Below are positions 52,252 through 61,986 of a DNA stretch of 64,000 bases, piece after piece (position 1 is the first letter of the stretch; every line of letters begins with the position of its first letter). The notes under the pieces are model-generated. The model was not told where the DNA came from. It saw only the letters and a list, made by a program, of their open reading frames with translations, and did no database searches. This stretch comes from Deltaproteobacteria bacterium (GTDB lineage Bacteria; Desulfobacterota; Binatia; Binatales; Binataceae): contig JAJXZF010000027.1 in assembly GCA_021780225.1 (NCBI GenBank), forward strand, positions 1,229-65,228, given 5' to 3'. The translations under genes were made by a program, and so were the position numbers.

Positions 52252-53135
52252 CGTCACCCTCGGGCTTGACCCGAGGGTCCATCGGTATGGATGGCCGGGT
52301 CAAGCCCGGCCATGACGGGAAAAAAGCCGTGACCGAGACGACGGCTGAACCCTTGGTAGATGTGGCGACCGTCACGGGCCGGTCATGACGGAAAAAGAGC
52401 GTGACCGAAACCAAGGCCGGCAAGTCCTTCTTGAAACCGGCAGGCCCTTCCCGAAGACCGGCAGGTCCTTCGTCTCAGTCGATCGGCCTTTCATCAGACC
52501 CGCCGCGCATTCCGTCATTCTCGGGCTTGACCCGAGAATCCACAGGCTTATGCCAAGCTGGGGGGCAAAGGTCATCCCAGGACGGATTATCGCGGACGAT
52601 CAGCGCCACCTTCCATGCGCGCGGCCAGTGCTTGAGGTTCCTCTCGCGCTGGATGGCGTCTCGGATGCCGTCGTACCATTCGGCGTGGACTAGGCGTTTC
52701 AGGCCGTAGCGTTTGGTGAAACCCTCGGCCAGCCCTTCACGATGCTCGCATACGCGGCGGACGAGATTGGAAGTCACGCCGACGTACAGCGTCCCGTTGG
52801 GTCGGTTCGTCATGATGTAGACCCATCCGCCTCTCATCGCTTCGACCGAGGTAGCGAAGCGTGGATGGCCGGGTCAAGCCCGGCCATGACGGAACAAGGT
52901 CGTGACCGAAACGACGGCTGAACCCTTGGTAGATGTGGCGACCGTCACGGGCCGGTCATGACGGAAAAAGAGCGTGACCGAAACCAAGGCCGGCAAGTCC
53001 TTCTTGAAGCCAGCAGGTCCCTCCCGAAGACCGGCAGGTCCTTCGTCTTGGTTACGGACGGTCGCGCGATATGCGGAAGGTCTGACCGACGCTGATCATC
53101 AGCGTGTCATGGCCGGGCTGAACCTGGCCATCCAC
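52252..53135. repeat. Cluster of five CGTC-type REP-like hairpins plus ~187-bp direct repeats around the GIY-YIG gene
   Basis: Hairpins at 52252-52281, 52288-52317, 52513-52543, 52861-52891, 53106-53135 in alternating orientation; direct repeats 52288-52475 and 52862-53048. Confidence 0.88.
52475..52837 (-). CDS. Stand-alone GIY-YIG nuclease (YhbQ/UPF0213-like)
   Basis: WVYIMTNRPNGTLYVGVTSNLVRRVCEHR, FTKRY, AIQRERNLKHWPRAWK, NPSWDDL. Confidence 0.92.
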   Translation of the reverse strand: MRGGWVYIMTNRPNGTLYVGVTSNLVRRVCEHREGLAEGFTKRYGLKRLVHAEWYDGIRDAIQRERNLKHWPRAWKVALIVRDNPSWDDLCPPAWHKPVDSRVKPENDGMRGGSDERPID

Positions 53136-53207
53136 AGCCTTCAGTTAGCGCCCCGCTTCGATTCGCGGCCGGCAGTCCTGCGTATTCGCGCCGCGCGACC
53201 GGTAACG

Positions 53208-55973
53208 TCAAGCGCGGAGCAGTTCGCGCAGGACGTAGGGCAGCACGCCGCCGTGGCGGATATATTCGACGTCTTCCGGCGTATCGACGCGCGCGAGAAC
53301 CTCGAATTCCTTCACCTTGCCGTTCTCTTCGGCGCGCACCGTGAGCGTCTGTTTCGGCTTGAGACCGCCCTTCAAACCCGCGATCGAATAGACCTCGCGG
53401 CCGGTCAGGCCAAGGCTTGCGCGATTCTGTCCGTTGACGAACTCAAGCGCCAGCACGCCCATCCCGACCAGGTTGCTGCGATGGATGCGCTCGAAGCTCT
53501 CGGCGATTACGGCGCGCACGCCCAGTAGTTGCGTGCCCTTCGCCGCCCAGTCACGCGACGAGCCGGAGCCGTATTCCTTCCCGGCGATAATCACGAGCGG
53601 CACGCCCTCTTTCTGATACTGTTCGGCGGCTTCGTAGATGGTCGTTTTCGCGCCGTCCGGCAGATGCGCCGTGACGCCGCCCTCGACGCCCGGCACGAGC
53701 AGGTTTTTAAGCCGGATATTGGCGAAGGTTCCGCGCACCATCACCTCATGATTGCCGCGGCGCGCGCCGTAGGAATTAAAGTCTTTGGGCTGCACGCCGT
53801 TGGCGACCAGATAGCGGCCGGCGGGGCTGTCGGTCGCGATCGAGCCGGCGGGCGAGATGTGGTCGGTGGTGACGCTGTCGCCGAGCACCGCGAGCGCGCG
53901 GGCGCCGGCGAGATCGCCGAGCGGCGCGGGCGTTGGGCCGACGCCGTCGAAGAACGGCGGCGCTTTCACGTATGACGAATCGTCGGACCATTTGAACAGG
54001 TCGCCGTCGGGAATCTTGAGGCCGCGCCAGCGCTCGTCGCCGTCGAAGACCTGACCGTACTCCGCGCGGAACATCGCGGAATCGACGGAGGCCGCGATGG
54101 CGGCGTCGATTTCTTCGGCGGCCGGCCAGATCTCGCGCAGATAAACCGGGTTTCCCCTGGAATCGCGCGCCAGCGGCTCGACGTTGGGATCGAAGTCGAT
54201 CGTGCCGGCGATCGCGTAGGCGACCACCAGCGGCGGCGAAGCGAGATAGTTGAAACGGACGACCGGGTTGATGCGCCCTTCAAAATTGCGATTTCCGCTC
54301 AGGATCGCGGCGGCGACCAGATTACCCTGCTTGACCGCGCCGGCGATCGGCTCGGCGACCGGACCGCTGTTGCCGATACAGGTGGTGCATCCGTAGCCCA
54401 CCAGGTTGAAGCGCAGCTTTTCGAGGTAGTCCATCAGGCCGGCGCGCTTGAGATAGGCGGTGACGACCTTCGAGCCGGGCGCGAGGCTGGTCTTGACCCA
54501 CGGCTTGACGGTCAGGCCGCGCTCGACCGCTTTCTTCGCGAGCAGGCCTGCGCCGATCAGCACGGACGGATTTGAAGTGTTGGTGCAACTGGTGATCGCG
54601 GCGATTACGATCGCGCCGTGGCCGAGCGGAAATTTTTCGCCCTCCATCGCGACTTCGACCCGCGTCGCGATCGGCCCGGTTTCGGGCGGCGCCACGCGCT
54701 CGTGCGGAGCGACCTGCGGATTTCCGCCCTCGGCGACCCAGCGCTCGATCACCTTTTTATCGACGGAATCGTGATTGGCGACCTCTTTCGCCAGATCGGA
54801 CCGGAAAACGCGCTTCGAGCCGGCGAGCGCGATCCGATCCTGCGGCCGGCGCGGGCCGGCCAGGCTCGGCTCGACGTCGCGCAGATTCAGTTCGAGCGTG
54901 TCGGTGAAAATCGGTTCTGGCGATGCGGCGGTGCGGAACAGTCCCTGCGCCTTGCAATAGGCTTCGACCAGGCCAACCTGCTCCTCCGAGCGTCCGGTCA
55001 GGCGCAGGTAGGCCAGAGTCTGATCATCGACCGGGAAGAAGCCGATCGTGGCGCCGTATTCGGGCGACATGTTGCCGATCGTGGCGCGGTCGGCGACGCT
55101 CAGATGGGCGATTCCGTCGCCGTAAAACTCGACGAACTTGTTGACCACGCCCTGCTTGCGCAGCATCTGGGTGACGGTCAGGACGAGGTCGGTGGCGGTG
55201 GCGCCGGGACGCAGCGCGCCCGTCAGGCGCATCCCGACGACCTGCGGAATCAGCATCGGGCTGGAGCGGCCGAGCATCGCGACCTCGGCCTCGATCCCGC
55301 CGACGCCCCATCCGACGACGCCGAGTCCGTTGACCATCGTGGTATGCGAGTCGGTGCCGAAGACGCTGTCGGGATAGGCTTCGCCGGCGGCGGAGACGAA
55401 GACGACGGGGGCGAGATATTCGAGATTCACCTGATGGACGATGCCGGTGTCGGGCGGCACGACGCGGAAATTGTCGAACGCGCGCTGGCCCCAGCGCAGG
55501 AACTGGTAGCGCTCTTGATTGCGCTCGAATTCGAGTTCGGCGTTGCGGGCGAAGGAAGCGGGCAGGCCGTAGGAATCGACCTGCACGGAATGGTCGATCA
55601 CGAGATCGGCGGGTTGCAGCGGGTTGATGCGGGCGGGATCGCCGCCGAGGCGGCGAATCGCGTCGCGCATCACGGCAAGGTCGGCGACGACCGGCACGCC
55701 GGTGAAATCCTGCAAGAGAACGCGGGCGGGCATGAAGGAAAATTCGCGATCGCCGCCGCGCGCGCCGTTCCATCGCGCGAGCGCCTCGACATGCTCGGCG
55801 GTGACGTTGGCGCCGTCCTCGCGGCGGAGCACGTTTTCGAGCAGGACTTTGATCGAAAACGGCAGACGAGACAAATCGAAGCCGCGCTTCGCGAGCGCTT
55901 CGAGCGAGTGGATAACGTGGCTCTTCGAGCCGGCGTTGAGAGTTGCGCGGGTGCTGAAAGTATCTTTGCTCAT
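53208..55973 (-). CDS. acnA: Aconitate hydratase A
   Basis: RVLLQDFTGVP, DLVIDHSVQVD, AAITSCTNTSNP, YGCTTCIGNSG, TTDHISPAG, YGSGSSRDWAAKG. Confidence 0.97.
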   Translation of the reverse strand: MSKDTFSTRATLNAGSKSHVIHSLEALAKRGFDLSRLPFSIKVLLENVLRREDGANVTAEHVEALARWNGARGGDREFSFMPARVLLQDFTGVPVVADLAVMRDAIRRLGGDPARINPLQPADLVIDHSVQVDSYGLPASFARNAELEFERNQERYQFLRWGQRAFDNFRVVPPDTGIVHQVNLEYLAPVVFVSAAGEAYPDSVFGTDSHTTMVNGLGVVGWGVGGIEAEVAMLGRSSPMLIPQVVGMRLTGALRPGATATDLVLTVTQMLRKQGVVNKFVEFYGDGIAHLSVADRATIGNMSPEYGATIGFFPVDDQTLAYLRLTGRSEEQVGLVEAYCKAQGLFRTAASPEPIFTDTLELNLRDVEPSLAGPRRPQDRIALAGSKRVFRSDLAKEVANHDSVDKKVIERWVAEGGNPQVAPHERVAPPETGPIATRVEVAMEGEKFPLGHGAIVIAAITSCTNTSNPSVLIGAGLLAKKAVERGLTVKPWVKTSLAPGSKVVTAYLKRAGLMDYLEKLRFNLVGYGCTTCIGNSGPVAEPIAGAVKQGNLVAAAILSGNRNFEGRINPVVRFNYLASPPLVVAYAIAGTIDFDPNVEPLARDSRGNPVYLREIWPAAEEIDAAIAASVDSAMFRAEYGQVFDGDERWRGLKIPDGDLFKWSDDSSYVKAPPFFDGVGPTPAPLGDLAGARALAVLGDSVTTDHISPAGSIATDSPAGRYLVANGVQPKDFNSYGARRGNHEVMVRGTFANIRLKNLLVPGVEGGVTAHLPDGAKTTIYEAAEQYQKEGVPLVIIAGKEYGSGSSRDWAAKGTQLLGVRAVIAESFERIHRSNLVGMGVLALEFVNGQNRASLGLTGREVYSIAGLKGGLKPKQTLTVRAEENGKVKEFEVLARVDTPEDVEYIRHGGVLPYVLRELLRA

Positions 55974-56089
55974 CTGATTCGACCGTTTCCGATTAAAAAT
56001 CCAATTGTCGCTGGCGCGCGGCGTCCGCCGAATCACCAGAATAGCCTTTGCCGGCCAGACGGGAAAACCGCGCGCGGCGCGCCGCCCGG

Positions 56090-56560
56090 TCAGGGCAATT
56101 CGCGCAGCAGATGGCCGTTGCTGTCGTAAAAATCGAGGGCGGAATCGCCGGAGCTGTCGACGCCGAGGAGCGTGCGCTGGCGGCCGTGCGAATCGAAGAG
56201 GCGCACCGAGGGAATATTGTCGCTGGTGACGCCGATAATCACGCGCGTGGCGCCGGCGTCGTCGGCGAGGAGCAGGCCGAGATTCTGTTCCTTGCCGAAA
56301 CCGATCGCGGCGCGGGTTTTGCCGAAGTCGTCGTACATCTGAAAGATCGGCATCATGTCATGATCGAGCCGCAACGCGGCGTGAGTACGGCCGTGCGCGT
56401 CGACCAGCAGAATCTCCTGGGCGGCGACGGACTTGGGCGGCGCATCCGCGGCGAGCGCGAGGCGCGGCGCGGCGAATCGGCCGCTGATCGCGCCGCCGAT
56501 CAATCCGCCAACCAGCGCAACCGCCAGATAAATCCATTTTCCGCCCGTGGTATTTGCCAT
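56090..56560 (-). CDS. Exported/membrane-anchored protein with ~23-aa beta repeats
   Basis: N-terminal TM segment; repeats LxDxxGxxRxxL (DAHGRTH, DDFGKTR, DDAGATR, DSHGRQR, DSNGH). Confidence 0.7.
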   Translation of the reverse strand: MANTTGGKWIYLAVALVGGLIGGAISGRFAAPRLALAADAPPKSVAAQEILLVDAHGRTHAALRLDHDMMPIFQMYDDFGKTRAAIGFGKEQNLGLLLADDAGATRVIIGVTSDNIPSVRLFDSHGRQRTLLGVDSSGDSALDFYDSNGHLLRELP

Positions 56561-56688
56561 CGAAACGTCCCTCCGTGCGGGCAGGCGGGAAAAGTCGTCC
56601 CGAGCCGTAAGCGGACGGGCGCCGGCCTCGCGCGAGCATCAAATTACCGGCCCTGCGCGCGGCGCAAAAGCAGGCAGGCGGCGCGCGG

Positions 56689-57141
56689 TCAGGCTGGCGG
56701 CGGGCGCATCGCGTAGATCCGCGTCAACGCAACTTCGATTTCGACGACCTGCCGTGGCCTGCCGCTGCGGCCCGGCCGGGCCGGACGCAGGCTGTTCGGG
56801 ACTTCGCGGGCGCGGCCGTAAACGATCGCCGCGGCGCCGTCGGCGCTCCAGGCGGTAAACGCCACGCGCGGATTTCGCGCGAGGTCGGCGCGCCGCACGG
56901 TATTGTCGTAAACGACCAGCCTGAGCGTCGTCCCGGAGAGCGTGGCGTGGACCGGCGCAAGATGGGGCTGCCCGGCCGCGCCGACGGTCGCCATCGCGAC
57001 CAGCTTTACGCCGCGCCAGAACTCGACGAATTCCGCGGCCGTCATCTGGCGCGGGGGATAGCCTACCGAGTCGCCGACGGCGGGCGTCGCGGTCGCGGCG
57101 CTGCGATCGAGGAGACGCTGCAGCGATTCAAGTTCATCCAT
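56689..57141 (-). CDS. Pyridoxamine 5'-phosphate oxidase-like protein
   Basis: AMATVGAAGQPHLAPV, LARNPRVAF, IVYGRA. Confidence 0.8.
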   Translation of the reverse strand: MDELESLQRLLDRSAATATPAVGDSVGYPPRQMTAAEFVEFWRGVKLVAMATVGAAGQPHLAPVHATLSGTTLRLVVYDNTVRRADLARNPRVAFTAWSADGAAAIVYGRAREVPNSLRPARPGRSGRPRQVVEIEVALTRIYAMRPPPA

Positions 57142-57166
57142 TACTTTAGATTCTTCGGCGGGAAAA

Positions 57167-58210
57167 TCATCTCGTCTCCGGCTCGCGGCGCGCCGCCATG
57201 ACGATCCGATCGGCGCGCTGATGACGTTTGAAAACCCTTAGCAGGTATCCGTATGACGGGAGAAGGATCACAGCGCCGGCGGCGAGCGCCGAGGCGAGGA
57301 TCGCGAGCGTGCGCGGCGGCGCCGCGGCGTTGAAAATAGTCAGGTCGGGTGCGAGCAGGTAGGGATATTGCGCCAGCGCCCATCCCCAGAGAATCAAAGC
57401 GACCTGCGCCGCCGCGCAGATTCGCGCGAGCGCAAAGCGGCGCATCCATAACGCCCAAAGCGCGGCCAGCGCGGCGACGGTGGTCAGCCAGAAGATCGGC
57501 CAAGTCCAGACGCGACGGGTCAAGCCGTTCCAGATGAGCGGCGCGCCGTTGATCGAGAGAAGGAGAATCGCGCCGGCGATCAGTCCGACGATTATCGACG
57601 AAACCATCGCGCGGATGCGGAAGTCCGCCGCGAGCGCCGGGTCCGCCGCTTCCGCCGCCGCGTATACCGCGGCCAAATAGGCGAACATCGCGAGCGCGAG
57701 GAGACCGACGCCGAAGCAGAAAGGCGTCATCCATGGCGTTATAAAATCGCTCAGGCGAGCAGGATTCGCCGGCGTCCGGCCCGCCGCGATTGCGCCAATA
57801 ATCACGCCGAGCAGCAATGGCGTGATCAGCGACGCAATCGCGAACATCCGGCCCCAGCGCCGGCGCGCACGATCGTCGCCCAATCCGTAGCCGCGGAAAC
57901 TGAAGGCCGAGCCGCGCATCACCACGCCGATCAGCATCAGCGTGACCGGCACGTGCATCGCGGTCATGATCCGGGCGAAAGCGGCGGGAAAGCCGTTGAA
58001 GAGAATCACCACGGCCAGGATCAGCCAGACGTGATCGGCCTCCCACACCGGGCCGATCGCATGGGTGAGCAATTCGCGCTGCGCGTCGGCCCGCGTTCCG
58101 ATCGCGAAGAGGTCCCAGACGCCGCTGCCATAATCCGCGCCGCCCGTCAGCACATACAATGTCAGATTCGCCAGCAGCGCTCCGGCGACGAGCCATAACG
58201 CGAGATGCAT
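57167..58210 (-). CDS. cydB: Cytochrome bd oxidase subunit II
   Basis: GGADYGSG, GPVWEADHVWLI, AQYPYL; downstream of cydA. Confidence 0.92.
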   Translation of the reverse strand: MHLALWLVAGALLANLTLYVLTGGADYGSGVWDLFAIGTRADAQRELLTHAIGPVWEADHVWLILAVVILFNGFPAAFARIMTAMHVPVTLMLIGVVMRGSAFSFRGYGLGDDRARRRWGRMFAIASLITPLLLGVIIGAIAAGRTPANPARLSDFITPWMTPFCFGVGLLALAMFAYLAAVYAAAEAADPALAADFRIRAMVSSIIVGLIAGAILLLSINGAPLIWNGLTRRVWTWPIFWLTTVAALAALWALWMRRFALARICAAAQVALILWGWALAQYPYLLAPDLTIFNAAAPPRTLAILASALAAGAVILLPSYGYLLRVFKRHQRADRIVMAARREPETR

Positions 58211-58212
58211 CG

Positions 58213-59547
58213 TCACCCTCCGCTCGCCATCAGCGCTACTATCTCTTCGCTGGTAGGACTTTCGAGCACCTGCCGCCACATCAGGAACGCCACCGTCACG
58301 CCAAGAAACAGATAGAGCAGGGAGTAGAGCGCGAACGTGATATCGAGGCCGGGCATCGGCGTGACCGCATCCGCCGTCCGCATCACGCCATAAATAATCC
58401 ACGGCTGGCGGCCGACTTCCGTTACCACCCAGCCCGCTTCGACGGCGATAAGGCCGAGCGGCGTCGCGAGCATGAGCGTTCGCATAAACCATGGCGAGGC
58501 GAAAATTCCGCGCCCGCGCAACCACAGCCAGAAACCCCAGAGCGCGATCCCGGCCATCGCGAAGCCCGCGCCCACCATGATTTGAAAGGCGAGATGCACG
58601 GCGATCAGCGGACGCGGCCAGTTCTTTTCAGGAAACGAATCCAGCCCGCGCATCACCGCGTCCGGATTATGGTAGGTCATGACGCTCAGCATCGAGGGCA
58701 GCTCGATCGCGTAGCGCAGCCGCCGCGCTTTGAGGTCGGGGATGCCGCCGATCGCGAGCGGAGCATGCGGCCCGGTTTGGAACAATCCTTCGAACGCGGC
58801 GATCTTGACCGGTTGGAGGCGCGCGACGGCACGCGCCGACGCATCGCCGCTGATCGGCTGCAACAATGCGGCGATCGCGCCGATCGTAAATGCGATCGCG
58901 ATCGCGCGGCGATGGAAAAGATTATCGCGATCGCGCAGCCACATCGCGGCATGTATCCCGGCGACGACGAAGCCGGTGGCGCAATACGCCGCTATCGTCA
59001 TGTGAACGGTCTCGTGCAGCGCGGCGGGATTGGTCAGCGTGGCGATCGGATTAATCTCCTCCGGACGGCCATTGACGAGCCGGAAACCGACCGGCGTGTT
59101 CATCCAGGAGTTCACGATCACGACAAAGACGCCGGAGATAACGCCGGAGGCGGCGACGATCGCGCCCGCCGCCAGATGGGCTCGCGGCGAAACGCGATCC
59201 CATCCGTACATGTAGATGCCGAGGAAAATCGCTTCGGTGAAAAAAGCGAATCCTTCCAGCGAAAACGGCATGCCGATAATCGCGCCCGCCCAGCGCATGA
59301 AATTCGGCCAGAGCAGACCCAGCTCGAAGGAGAGAACCGTTCCGGAAACCGCGCCGACCGCGAACATGATTGCGGCGCCGATCGACCATCTTCGCGCCAA
59401 CAGCAAATCCACTTCGTCGCCCGTTCGCAGATAACGCCATTCGGCCACGACCATCATCAGCGGCATCGCGATACCCACGCAGGCGAAAACGATATGGAAG
59501 GCGAGCGACATCGCCATCTGAGAACGGGCTGCAATCAGATGCGTCAT
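58213..59547 (-). CDS. cydA: Cytochrome bd oxidase subunit I (short Q-loop / CioA-like)
   Basis: FHIVF, FAVGAVSG, EGFAFFTEA, NSWMNTP, QPVKIAAFEG, GWVVTEVGRQPW. Confidence 0.95.
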   Translation of the reverse strand: MTHLIAARSQMAMSLAFHIVFACVGIAMPLMMVVAEWRYLRTGDEVDLLLARRWSIGAAIMFAVGAVSGTVLSFELGLLWPNFMRWAGAIIGMPFSLEGFAFFTEAIFLGIYMYGWDRVSPRAHLAAGAIVAASGVISGVFVVIVNSWMNTPVGFRLVNGRPEEINPIATLTNPAALHETVHMTIAAYCATGFVVAGIHAAMWLRDRDNLFHRRAIAIAFTIGAIAALLQPISGDASARAVARLQPVKIAAFEGLFQTGPHAPLAIGGIPDLKARRLRYAIELPSMLSVMTYHNPDAVMRGLDSFPEKNWPRPLIAVHLAFQIMVGAGFAMAGIALWGFWLWLRGRGIFASPWFMRTLMLATPLGLIAVEAGWVVTEVGRQPWIIYGVMRTADAVTPMPGLDITFALYSLLYLFLGVTVAFLMWRQVLESPTSEEIVALMASGG

Positions 59548-59660
59548 TTAGTCACGGGGGCGAGACGGAAGTGGCGCCGCTTCGCATCACGATAAATCCG
59601 AATCCGCGTTCCATCAACCGCGCCAGCGCGATTGACCACTACGGACCGCCGTCGCCCAGC

Positions 59661-60848
59661 TCAGGTTGCGATGCGCAACAGCCGTTCGACGGCGCGGGCG
59701 ATTTGAAATTCCTCGTCCAGCGGTATGACCCACAAATCCACGGCGCCTCCGTTCGCGCCGAAGCGCGCTTCGCGGCCGTTCGCCGCCGCATTGCGCGGGG
59801 CGTCAAAAACGACGCCGAGAGCGCCAAGGCCCGCGCAGATTCGTTCACGGACGGCGGCCGAATTTTCGCCGATGCCACCGCCGAAAATAATCGCGTCGGC
59901 GCGGCCGAGCGCGGCGAGATAGGCGCCGATATATTTGCGCGCGCGATAGCAAAACATCCCGATCGCCAGTGCGGCGTCCGCATTCGACGCGGCTTCGCGC
60001 TCGAGTTCGCGCATGTCGCCGCTCAATCCGGAGACGCCGCGCAACCCCGAGTCGTGATTCAGGATTCGTTCGACTTCGGCCGCCGAATTTTTTTCCGCAC
60101 CGGCGAGATAGCTCACGATCGCGGGATCCAGATCTCCGGAACGCGTCGCCATCATCAGGCCTTCCAGCGGCGTCAGGCCCATCGACGTATCGACGGAACG
60201 TCCCGCCTTAATCGCGGCGATCGAGCATCCGGCGCCGAGTTGCAAGGTGATCAAATCGAGATCGTGCGGCGATTTCCCGATGATTTCCGCGTACCGATCG
60301 CGCATCCACGAATGGCCGACGCCGTGGAATCCGTAGCGGCGAATTTGATGACGCTCCGCCAAGGCGCGCGGAATCGCGTAGCTGCGCGCGTGCGCCGGAA
60401 TCGTGCCGTGGAACGACGTATCGGCGACGACGATCGACGGCGCCTGCGGAAATCTGGCGCGCACCGCCTTCAGCGTGTCGATCGCCGGCGGATTATGCAG
60501 CGGCGCGAAACGCGACGCCGCTTCAAGCGCCGCGATCACGCCGTCGTCGGCGAGCGCCGGCCCTTGCACGGATTCGCCGCCATGGACGATTCGATGCGCG
60601 ATCGCGTCGGGAGACGGCGCGCCCGCATCGCGCAGCCAATCGAGCGCGCGCAGCGCGGCCTCACGATGAGTTCCGACGGCGATCGCGGCGTCGAACCTGG
60701 GACCGTCCGCCGCGGCCATCGAAGCGCGCGCGTCGGGACCGATTTCCTGAAATACGCCGCGCGCCAAGCGCCGCCGTTCGCCGCTCGCGATTTCGAGCAT
60801 CTCGAACTTGAGCGAGGAGCTGCCGCAGTTGAATACCAGGATTCGCAT
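59661..60848 (-). CDS. ackA: Acetate/propionate kinase
   Basis: NCGSSSLKF, HRIVHGG, APLHNP, RRYGFHG, TPLEGLMMATRSGDLDP, GGIGENS. Confidence 0.92.
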   Translation of the reverse strand: MRILVFNCGSSSLKFEMLEIASGERRRLARGVFQEIGPDARASMAAADGPRFDAAIAVGTHREAALRALDWLRDAGAPSPDAIAHRIVHGGESVQGPALADDGVIAALEAASRFAPLHNPPAIDTLKAVRARFPQAPSIVVADTSFHGTIPAHARSYAIPRALAERHQIRRYGFHGVGHSWMRDRYAEIIGKSPHDLDLITLQLGAGCSIAAIKAGRSVDTSMGLTPLEGLMMATRSGDLDPAIVSYLAGAEKNSAAEVERILNHDSGLRGVSGLSGDMRELEREAASNADAALAIGMFCYRARKYIGAYLAALGRADAIIFGGGIGENSAAVRERICAGLGALGVVFDAPRNAAANGREARFGANGGAVDLWVIPLDEEFQIARAVERLLRIAT

Positions 60849-60927
60849 CGGGCGCGCGCGACTTGCCGGGGTCGCGCTCTGAATACGCTAACCTGTCGCG
60901 GATGCGGAGGCTAATCGCCGCGCGAAG

Positions 60928-61908
60928 TCACGGTATCAGCACGCTCGAACCGGTGGTCCGGCGTTCGCCGAGCGCGCGATGGGCCGCGGCGGCGCCGGCG
61001 AGCGGAAATTCGCGCGGCGGCGCCAGCTTGATCACGCCGCGCTCGATCGCGTCGAACAACGCCTTCGCACGTTCGACCAGTTCCTCGCGCCGCGCGGTGT
61101 ACGACCACAGCGTCGGCCGCGTGAGGTACAGGGAGCCCTTGGCGCTGAGCACGTTGATGCTGAACGGCGAGACCGTTCCCGAGGCCTGTCCGTAACTCAC
61201 CATCATGCCGCGCGGACTCAGGCAGTCGAGCGATTTCATAAACGTCGCTTCGCCGACCGAATCGTACACCACCGGAACCATCGCGCCCGCAGTTATCTCC
61301 TTGACCCGCGCGACGAAATCCTCGCGGCTGTAAACGATCGTATGGGCGCAGCCGTTGGCGGCCGCCAGCCGCGCCTTTTCGTCCGTGCCGACCGTGCCGA
61401 TAACGGTCGCGCCCAAATGCGCCGCCCATTGGCAAAGAATCAACCCGACTCCGCCAGCGGCCGCATGCGCCAGAATCGTCTCGCCCCGCCGGAGCGGCCG
61501 CGTGGAATGAATCAGAAAATGCGCCGTCATCCCTTTGAGCATCGCCGCCGCCGCGGTCTTGTCGTCGATCGTGTCGGGCAGCTTCACCAGAAAGCGCGCG
61601 GGCATCACGCGCGCCTCGGCGTACGAGCCGAGAGGACCGCCGGCGTAGGCCACGCGGTCGCCGGGTTTGACCTCGGTCACGTCCGGAGCGACCGCCTCGA
61701 CCACTCCGGCGCCCTCGTTGCCCGGCGTGAACGGCATCGACGGAGCGGGATAGACGCCCTTGCGAAAATAGATATCGACGAAATTCAGACCGATCGCGCG
61801 ATGGCGCACGAGCGCTTCGCCGGCGCCCGGACCCTTGATTTCGGCGTCGTTGATTTCGAGCACTTCCGGCCCGCCGGTCCTGGCGACGACGATCGCTCTG
61901 CACTTCAT
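60928..61908 (-). CDS. qor: NADPH:quinone oxidoreductase (zeta-crystallin type)
   Basis: IGLNFVD, PGNEGAG, HAAAGGVG, YGQASG, KGSLYLTRP, TTGS. Confidence 0.92.
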   Translation of the reverse strand: MKCRAIVVARTGGPEVLEINDAEIKGPGAGEALVRHRAIGLNFVDIYFRKGVYPAPSMPFTPGNEGAGVVEAVAPDVTEVKPGDRVAYAGGPLGSYAEARVMPARFLVKLPDTIDDKTAAAAMLKGMTAHFLIHSTRPLRRGETILAHAAAGGVGLILCQWAAHLGATVIGTVGTDEKARLAAANGCAHTIVYSREDFVARVKEITAGAMVPVVYDSVGEATFMKSLDCLSPRGMMVSYGQASGTVSPFSINVLSAKGSLYLTRPTLWSYTARREELVERAKALFDAIERGVIKLAPPREFPLAGAAAAHRALGERRTTGSSVLIP

Positions 61909-61986
61909 CGTGAAATCCTCCGAACGTATGAACTGGTCCGACGTTAGCCGCGATGCGCGCGTTCCGGCAAACGGAGATACGGCGCC

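Noticed and set aside
52252..53135. Possible CRISPR array
   Set aside because: Repeats alternate in orientation, spacing is irregular, the intervening sequences are duplicated rather than unique, and there are no cas genes.
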